DNA from: an uncultured Nitrososphaeraceae archaeon
GTDB lineage: Archaea; Thermoproteota; Nitrososphaeria; Nitrososphaerales; Nitrososphaeraceae
Direction: 5' to 3'
Assembly: GCA_963729045.1 (NCBI GenBank)
Contig: CAVSMN010000018.1
Span: forward strand, 64,001-128,000
DNA length: 64,000 nt
Part shown: piece after piece, positions 56,444 through 64,000 of the stretch
How the letters are laid out: the number at the start of each line of letters is the position of its first letter
Position numbering within the stretch: position 1 is the stretch's first letter
Made by a program: the position numbers and the translations under genes
Notes under the pieces: generated by a model
Told to the model about the DNA's origin: nothing
Databases searched by the model: none
The model's input: the letters and a program-made list of their open reading frames with translations, nothing else

Positions 56444-56968
56444 ATTAACTTTTTACATCTCCGTAAAGTTATTTTAGACAATTTCCGTTCTAGTTGATAA
56501 ACGTTTGAAGATTTTTCGGATTGGCTTTGTTGTATTAACGATGGGCAATTTTATTATTTTTTTTGATTTTATCATACAATTATATGTTATAACATGTTAA
56601 TATATGTTACGCAGCGTAATACATGTATTTACTATGTTGCAATTCCTGTGTCACTATTTTCATAAAATTAAATCTGGGTAAAATTAATTAGTTATTTTTT
56701 GTTTCTTAATACAAAAAGTAATTTGATACCTTTCTATCTCTGAACGCCAACTATCAAGGAAATCATAAGAGAAGAGGATCTCGCCTCTTCGAACCAATGA
56801 GTGGTTATAAAAAGGCCGGTCAACTATTGAAAATGTAGACCAAAATCTAAGCCAAATATGTTGAGTAATGCGACAGAGCACTAATGATAGCTAAAACTGA
56901 TAGATAGCAATCATCAAATACAATTGATAGAAATAGACAAATTTAGAGAAGGCGAAATCTAAACTGAT

Positions 56969-57250
56969 ATGACAGCCATGAGTGCTATTCATGTTGTTTC
57001 CATTAGAGATTTTGTTTCAGCGGATTTAGATATTAAAAAAAGTGCGATGACTTTTGTTGAAAAAGAGGTTGAGTATGCCCCTTCAGATGATATTATAATT
57101 GATTTTTCTAATGTCAAATCAATTACTCCCGAATTTGCCCACCAATATTTGATGAGTAAGCGCAAAATTAAAAAGGAAATTCACGAAGTGAATCTACCTT
57201 CACATGTGGAATCGATAATCAACAAAGCACAGAAATCTATCAATAAGTAA
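56969..57250 (+). CDS. STAS-like (DUF4325-type) small protein
   Basis: IIIDFSNVKSITPEFAHQY..EVN. Confidence 0.75.
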   Translation: MTAMSAIHVVSIRDFVSADLDIKKSAMTFVEKEVEYAPSDDIIIDFSNVKSITPEFAHQYLMSKRKIKKEIHEVNLPSHVESIINKAQKSINK

Positions 57251-57816
57251 TATATTCTCTCTTGGCACTTAGATATTTTTAATATTATTAGATTACATGA
57301 ATTTCTAATTTACTCGTACATTTGAGGATTCTTTACATTAGGCTTAAAATCTTTTTATAATTGATATATTCATGACTCTCATTGCAAGCAATAACAATTT
57401 GGACGCTTAAATAAAAGTTACAAAGAAGCAATGCTTAAGCTCAATGACAAGGCTTCTTCACAATTTAAACAAAATATGGATAATATGAGAGTAAAGAATC
57501 CTCAAACTGAAGATGAACAGATTTCAACCAGGCCCGGTGGGATGTTATTTAAAAATGAATGAAATCCTTCTAATTTAAAAACAGGTATCCTATGATTTTG
57601 ATAATTGATCAATTATCTCATGATATAGGTGAGCATATTCATCAAAAAACATAGACTCGGTGGGCTTAATTTCAGTATGGCATAAAGGGACAGCAGTTTT
57701 GGCACACATCCTACTTCTTATTTTGGTAATTTGAGTTATAAATTGAGAGTTGTTATCATATATCTACGCGTACTAACCCTTTAGAGCATATGGAAGATAA
57801 AATGAGGGGACAGTCC

Positions 57817-58072
57817 GTTTCAATCCTTGTTCTATTGGAATAGTCTTTCATAGCGCATGGTTCGTTATTATCCATTTTCTAATCCCATATCCCTAATTTT
57901 ACCAATGATAATGCTATTGAAAATAATCCAATATAGAGAAAAATGACAAACCAGATAGCACCATCTACTTCTTTTAGTCTCTTCATTTTATTCATTTCAT
58001 CTGCTCCTTTTGTATATCACCATTAAATATATCAAGTTTCAATCCTTGTTCTATTGGAATATTCTTTCAGAG
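57817..58072 (-). CRISPR. Two CRISPR-type 37-bp repeats 182 nt apart; no cas genes in the window
   Basis: GTTTCAATCCTTGTTCTATTGGAATAGTCTTTCATAG (57817) and GTTTCAATCCTTGTTCTATTGGAATATTCTTTCAGAG (58036), 35/37 identical; the minus strand ends ATTGAAAC. Confidence 0.65.
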
Positions 58073-58599
58073 AGCCTAAGTAGGCGTACAATTGAGCACA
58101 GTCTACATCATTTTTTACCATTATCCTCAGATGCGTCATCGGTATTAGCTATTTATGAGACCCTATTTAAAGATCCAACGCTCCATATTTTCCTATAACA
58201 ACAACTAACGCACTTATTGCCAAAGTTTTGATAGAAGTCATTTAATAATAATTTGATTGACAAGATGCTCTTATTGTCACAAAGGACTTAACTCTAGTTA
58301 TATCAGAGTCTGCAAAAGAATCTTTTAGGAAAGTAGGTCTAGCACAATTAGAAAATTTATTTTTTCAACTTAATAATTATGAAAATGATGATCAGATCCT
58401 AGATACAAAATATGTTACTGCTGACACTGATGAGCTGATTTTAGAAGCTTAATTTATCTAAATAAAAAATATATTTTTTATTTCTCTTGTTTACTGTATT
58501 TTCCGAAACTCCTTAATAATACAATCTGCACGTTTGTATTTTAATTCCATTTACAAAACTTTTGATAAGCGATATTTCGTCAATTCCGCAAATATCATA

Positions 58600-58620
58600 A
58601 GTGGTAGTAGGGTTCTAATA
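58600..58620 (+). repeat. Dispersed repeat, copy 11 (3' part only)
   Basis: AGTGGTAGTAGGGTTCTAATA. Confidence 0.5.
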
Positions 58621-58853
58621 CCTTAATGATAACATATTTCTAAAATATTATTTTTCATAAGCTAGCCCAGGGGGCATTACAATAAACTTATTTTGAGCGT
58701 AATTTTGTTTTGTGTTAAGATCAAAAATAACTGAATTTTCAAATCGAACTTAAGAGGTTTTGGGTCGGATACGTAAAAGGGGGAAACAAATACTACGAAA
58801 AGTTCAAGTTAAAGATTTCATAAATAATTAAAATAAATTAGATGATGCATATT

Positions 58854-60752
58854 CTATTTTTCCATCTCTGAAATTTTATTCATAAGCAAATTATAATGAA
58901 GTTCGGTTAATTTGCCTTTTGAAAAAGCATCCTTAATCTCTCTTACAAGCTTTAACTTTAATGAAAGATCTATTTCTTTATTATCGTCCATAGAATCGAT
59001 TTTTTTCATAAATATCTCCTGATATAGTATGGATATTTCGTCTTTCAAATTCGAATAGTGAAATTGGCTTATCTTACCTTTTGAAAATGAATCAGAGATT
59101 TCATCTTTCAGTTTATTCAGTGATTCAAAATCATGGTCATCTCGACTACCCTCTTCATATAGTGACTTTATTTTCTCATGGTGAAGATTTAATTTTTTTA
59201 TGTCTCCTCTTGTTTTAGTCCATCCTATAATACTTGGAATAGAAGCGCCAATGATCGTCGAAACAATTAAGCCATACAGAGGAATCCAGTATTCAGTAGG
59301 TAGGGGAGCAGGCAATTCCTTAAAACTCGCAGTAAAGGTACCATATTGGGTTAGGCAAAAGGACGTATCCGCAGTGTCGTTGTAAATATTCAAAGTTTTT
59401 TGTATTGGTTCTATGACTGGATCATAAAAATTGTAAGATTCTTCTATACATTGTTTCAGCGGTCTAGTAGTATTTGAATCAATATTCTCATTCCAGCCTA
59501 CAAACTCATAGCCACTATTTGCCTTCGCTATACAGGTTATACCCGGTACTTCATACAAGTATTGATTTATTGGATATTCAGTTTTATCATCACCACATAA
59601 AATCCTTCCAGAGTTTAAGGGAAATGTATTAAATGTAATTCCCACAGCAACTTTGTTTTTAGGACCATGGATTGCGAACAAGCTATCAGAATCCTCAGAT
59701 GTCAAATAAATAATGTTACTGTTCTCATCTACTTCAATATTCGAAAGTGGTTCAGACATGTTGATATTAGAAAATCTTTTTGTTTTTTCGTTCAGAGAGT
59801 ACAGGCCGTGTTCTGCTAGTACATATACTGTATTGGTATTCTCATTGACTTCTAATTCTAAGAGCGGCCCTAACAAAGGAATTATCTTATCAATTTTAGT
59901 ATTCGTAGTTCCATTTATAATTGAAACATCGTTATCAGAAATTACATATATCATGTTATCGTTCTCATTAACCTCTAAAGTACGAGGTTTGTTTTTTAAC
60001 TCAAGACCCGTCATTTGAGTATCATTATACTGTTTGTAAAAATTCTTCTCAGTAATTATATATACAGAATGGTCATTTTCATTGATTTCAATATCGGTCG
60101 GCTCTTTTTTATCTGGAATGGATAATTTTTCCAAAAACTTCAAATCATCATCAAAAATGAATAGTTCTGGTGGATCTTCATTAAGTACGTAAACTTTTTC
60201 TGCGTCTTCATCTACCGCTATTTTGGAAAAGTTTGCCTCTATATCATATTTATTAACTGAGTTGATATTAAGTGGATTGGAACCGTTATCATCAATCAAC
60301 CTTATACCATCTTTTCCTGCAATATACAACTTACTTTCTTTTTCATTGACTTCAATATCGGTCGGCTCTTGATTCAAAGGTATATTTTGTAGTAACTCAT
60401 CGGTTCTTCCGTCAATTATAGAGATAGTTTCTGAAGGGGATTTACCTGAAATATATACATGATGTATTTTGTCATTTACTTCCTCATCGTGAGGTATTGT
60501 ATTAATAAAAATTTCTTTTAGGGTTCCCAAATTGTTGTCTAAAATTGATATAGAATTAGAACGTTCGTTAGCCACATATACTTTGTTTAAAAATTTATCG
60601 ACTTTTACCTCATTTGGCTCTATTCCTACTTCTAGCCGGGGATTGGTCATATGATATTTTTCATTAATACTCTCCAGAGTCTGCCCAATTGCATTATTAT
60701 TAAAAAACAGATTAGACAAAATAATTATCAAAAACAGAAAGATAACAGACAA
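58854..60752 (-). CDS. YVTN/YncE beta-propeller surface protein with TM anchor and cytoplasmic tail
   Basis: Signal peptide, KVYVANERSNSISI, repeated EPTDIE.NE, CIAKANSGYEFVGW, TM YWIPLYGLIVSTIIG. Confidence 0.85.
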   Translation of the reverse strand: MSVIFLFLIIILSNLFFNNNAIGQTLESINEKYHMTNPRLEVGIEPNEVKVDKFLNKVYVANERSNSISILDNNLGTLKEIFINTIPHDEEVNDKIHHVYISGKSPSETISIIDGRTDELLQNIPLNQEPTDIEVNEKESKLYIAGKDGIRLIDDNGSNPLNINSVNKYDIEANFSKIAVDEDAEKVYVLNEDPPELFIFDDDLKFLEKLSIPDKKEPTDIEINENDHSVYIITEKNFYKQYNDTQMTGLELKNKPRTLEVNENDNMIYVISDNDVSIINGTTNTKIDKIIPLLGPLLELEVNENTNTVYVLAEHGLYSLNEKTKRFSNINMSEPLSNIEVDENSNIIYLTSEDSDSLFAIHGPKNKVAVGITFNTFPLNSGRILCGDDKTEYPINQYLYEVPGITCIAKANSGYEFVGWNENIDSNTTRPLKQCIEESYNFYDPVIEPIQKTLNIYNDTADTSFCLTQYGTFTASFKELPAPLPTEYWIPLYGLIVSTIIGASIPSIIGWTKTRGDIKKLNLHHEKIKSLYEEGSRDDHDFESLNKLKDEISDSFSKGKISQFHYSNLKDEISILYQEIFMKKIDSMDDNKEIDLSLKLKLVREIKDAFSKGKLTELHYNLLMNKISEMEK

Positions 60753-61555
60753 TAAAACGACACCTACCCATCATATCCCTAATCAGATTACTACATGACA
60801 GAATATTTCATAAACCATTCAATTTCCATTCTAGTAAATAGAGTATTTATAAGTTTCGCTAAGATCATTTAAAAGGCGTTTTCACCTACGATTAGAATAA
60901 ATGATGAATCTAATGACCAAATAATTATTAATTTTGAGTAGGAAACACCAACAAACCTTATCGATACAAAAGCGGATATAATATCGAAGTAACCCCATGA
61001 AGTCCTTGAAAGATTAGTAAAAGGTATCTAAAACAAAGGATCAATTGCATCAGATATTTATGGGTATTCTAACATAACTAGCGAATCTTGTAGAATATTT
61101 AGATATCTTAATGAGTAATTTTATTCAAATCAATTTTGTATAAAACACACCAAGTAACATAATCCTCTGTTAGACCTTATATCGTTAGTTCTTTTACAAG
61201 TTAACCTGCCATATCTTTTATATTTAGATCAAAATCAATCTATTCAATGTCTTAAAAGATTTTTGTTTTACAAACCAGTAAAATTCTAACAATAATTGAG
61301 AGTTTTCTATCCTAAATAAATAACATATGATGACAGTCGTAAAAAATTTAGGAGTATCATGCCTAGTCGCCTCATCAAATGACAATTCTTTTTTCGTAGG
61401 CTATAATAATTGACCGTGTTCTCGGATTTGAGTGTATGTGGTTAATCTCGGCCTTTGAGGATTAGTGCTGGTATCGGTGTTTTAAATTGGATTTCCAAAT
61501 CAATAGTAGAAAGATATACTTCAACTCTTTATAGATAAACCGGAATTATGATTGA

Positions 61556-61894
61556 CTAATTCCTTTTTGCAAAACTTGATGCATGACATCCCGGTAAATA
61601 ATTTTGTACTGTAATATTAATGGTAATGTAATCATCAATGTGTCTATGATTTTCATAACCTTCGATAGTTATAACATCATTAGATGAAATACTTGATGTA
61701 GTTCCCCATAAACAAACATAATTCTTTGACGGATTTTCATTTAGAAATTTTTTGTATTCGGCAAATTCAACCAGAAGAAAAGTATCTCCGTTTAAAATCA
61801 AGGTACCTTCGTTATTTTCATAAAGTGAAAGTTTACCACCAAATTTCTTAATTCTTCCAGAAAAACACCAAACAGTAAACTTATGGCAATCCAA
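61556..61894 (-). CDS. Hypothetical protein
   Basis: 112-aa ORF, no recognised motif. Confidence 0.45.
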   Translation of the reverse strand: MDCHKFTVWCFSGRIKKFGGKLSLYENNEGTLILNGDTFLLVEFAEYKKFLNENPSKNYVCLWGTTSSISSNDVITIEGYENHRHIDDYITINITVQNYLPGCHASSFAKRN

Positions 61895-62303
61895 TATATA
61901 ATTACTCTATCGCTAGCATATTAATCGTATCACTAGGATTTGGAATTGTTTATTCCGTCCACTTGGTTACTCGTAAATTTTTAAAATTCCGGATAGTAAC
62001 GTAGTAACAGATATCCTTAAACGGATTGAATAAAGTGAAAATAAATTCACAATAATATGACATAAAGTTCTAATGTGTATCTTCTTTTCATCCATAATAA
62101 TCATTAACTAATTGTAAATTTTTACCAGAATAAGTGTTTTGAACAATACAATATTTTGAAAAACTTGATAATTTTCAAACAAATTAACTGTGTATGAAAA
62201 GGTAAATTGATTACAATCAAAGAATATTGATCGCATTCGAACATCAAATATCTTACTAAATACTAAATACATATCTATTATCTATGATATTCAAAATAGA
62301 AAG

Positions 62304-64000
62304 ATGGTAGATTCCATTATCAGTAAGCAGAATAAACCTACCCAACAATTTCCATTTGAAAGATTTGCATCAACTAATAGATACACTGATTTTGACTTCC
62401 TCAAAAAAGATAATGATTGGATAATGTATATTTCAGACATCAATGGACAGTTTAACTTATGGAGACATAACTCTAATTTGACTTCTGAGGTACAATGCTT
62501 TCCTTATCCATTAACTAATTTTATCGATCATTCAATAAGACATTTTTTTTCTTCTCCGGTAGATAATAGTTTAATCTTTTTTGCAGATCATCAAGGGGAT
62601 GAAAATTTCCAGATATATAGAATTGAAGATATTTTCAATTCCTGGCTTGAACCCATAACCTCTGATCCAACGATAAGACATGAATGGGGTTCGGAATGTT
62701 TCAGTCATGATGGAAAATACATTACTTATGGATCGAATCGAAAGAATCCTTCTGATATGCTTATATATGTAAGGAACATGAGCAGTGAAAACAAAGATTT
62801 TTGTATTACAGATAGGGAAGGTTGGTATATTCCAGGCTACTGGTCTCCCAATAATAAAAAATTAAACTGTTCTCAATTAATAACTTTAACTGATTATGCC
62901 ATATGGATTCTCGATGTAGAAAGTAGAAGTATGGAAAAAATTAATTTAGAGTATGAACAAAAAAGCAAATTCATTGTTGGACCCTGGTCTGTTAATCAAA
63001 ACGGCTTTTACATTCTATCTGATTCAAAAAGAGAGTTCATGGGTCTTGCATTCTACAATATTGATACTTCAAAACTGGAATGGATATTAACTTCTCCTCA
63101 TGACATAGAATCAATTGATATTAGTTTAGATGGAAAACTGCTTTTGTGGACAGAAAATGTGGATGGTTATAGTAAATTGTACAAGAAAGACATGGTGAAT
63201 CAAGAAATTACGGAAATTACTCCAACCATTAAGAAAAATAATAAGATTGTTCCTTTGAACGGCGTTATTGAAGATCTCAAATTATCTTCAAATGGAAAAA
63301 GAATCGGCATCATGATGGATATGCCTACATCTCCAACCAATATTTATTTGATAGATCTCAATAAGAATGACGATAATAATAATTGTACGCGCGTTACTAC
63401 ATCCTTATATGGTAATTTATCTGATGATAAACTAGTCAAGCCACAATTAATAAAATACAAAAGTTTTGATGGATTAGAGATTTCTGCATTCATATATGTT
63501 CCTAATAACACTAATTTCAAAAAAATAAATGAAAAGGATAAGCTAAAATTTGGTGCTATCTTGTCAATTCATGGTGGTCCTACAGCTCAAGAAAGACCAT
63601 ACTATGATTATTCTGGGCTTTATCAATATCTTTCTTATAATGGATTGACAGTGATTGCACCCAACTTTAGAGGAAGTACTGGGTATGGCAAAAGTTTTGA
63701 AAGAAAAATATATCATGACTGGGGTGGTAATGAACTAAAGGACCTAGAATATGCAATAAAATGGCTCATCTCTCAGGATTGGATTGATCCTAAAAGGATA
63801 GGGCTATTTGGTGCTAGTTTTGGGGGATTTGCAGCATTAAGTTGTATAACTCGCCTACCCCAGTATGGATTAAGAGCTGCAGTGGACATTGTTGGTCCAA
63901 GCAATCTTGTAACATTTATCAAAACAGTACCCTGAACATTGGAAAAGTCTCACTATTGAGCTAGTAGGGGATCCAGACAAAGAAGAAATTTTTCTTAAGG
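62304..64000 (+). CDS. S9 family (acylaminoacyl/prolyl oligo-) peptidase; +1 frameshift near 63931; runs off the window
   Basis: Beta-propeller, IHGGP, NFRGSTGYG, nucleophile GASFGG; the next frame continues PEHWKSL..LVGDPDKEEIFL. Confidence 0.9.

Noticed and set aside
15329..58620. Dispersed repeat as a CRISPR array or attC sites
   Set aside because: Spacing is kilobases and irregular, copies are divergent, and attC RYYYAAC/GTTRRRY ends are absent
674..60018. Many short antisense or overlapping ORFs in the six-frame track
   Set aside because: Shadows of well-supported genes, with no motifs of their own
60076..60370. 30-bp direct repeat inside the YVTN gene
   Set aside because: Explained by duplicated propeller blades (EPTDIE.NE)
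22060..63935. Programmed ribosomal frameshifting at the split genes
   Set aside because: No shared slippery heptamer or downstream structure, and the affected genes are unrelated

Overview
AT-rich archaeal chromosomal region, most likely from an ammonia-oxidising archaeon of the Nitrososphaeraceae (Ca. Nitrosocosmicus-like). This is inferred from the gene families present: TrmB/PLD-like-sensor histidine kinase, Cache sensor, YVTN surface protein, IS6 element and TATA-type promoters. It is an accessory-rich region: a convergent Ku plus fused three-domain LigD (NHEJ) pair, a DinG/Rad3-like helicase, regulators (Lrp-GAF, HxlR, wHTH), a CcdA/thioredoxin/DM13/cupin cluster, detox enzymes, HtrA, an orphan SdhA-like flavoprotein, secreted proteins, a decayed IS6 element and PolB2-accessory-like genes. 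Main non-coding signals: (1) a dispersed ~46-80 bp double-hairpin repeat with about 11 copies, all on the + strand, that brackets genes cassette-style at 44.9-49.7 kb; (2) 11-bp tandem boxes just upstream of the TATA-like elements of four promoters in the CcdA/Trx cluster; (3) two 37-bp CRISPR-type repeats with no cas genes in the window; (4) HxlR-like, Lrp-like and Fur-like operator candidates. About nine single-base +1 insertions break otherwise intact genes, which probably reflects sequencing or assembly error. All calls come from motif recognition by eye; no database searches were run.
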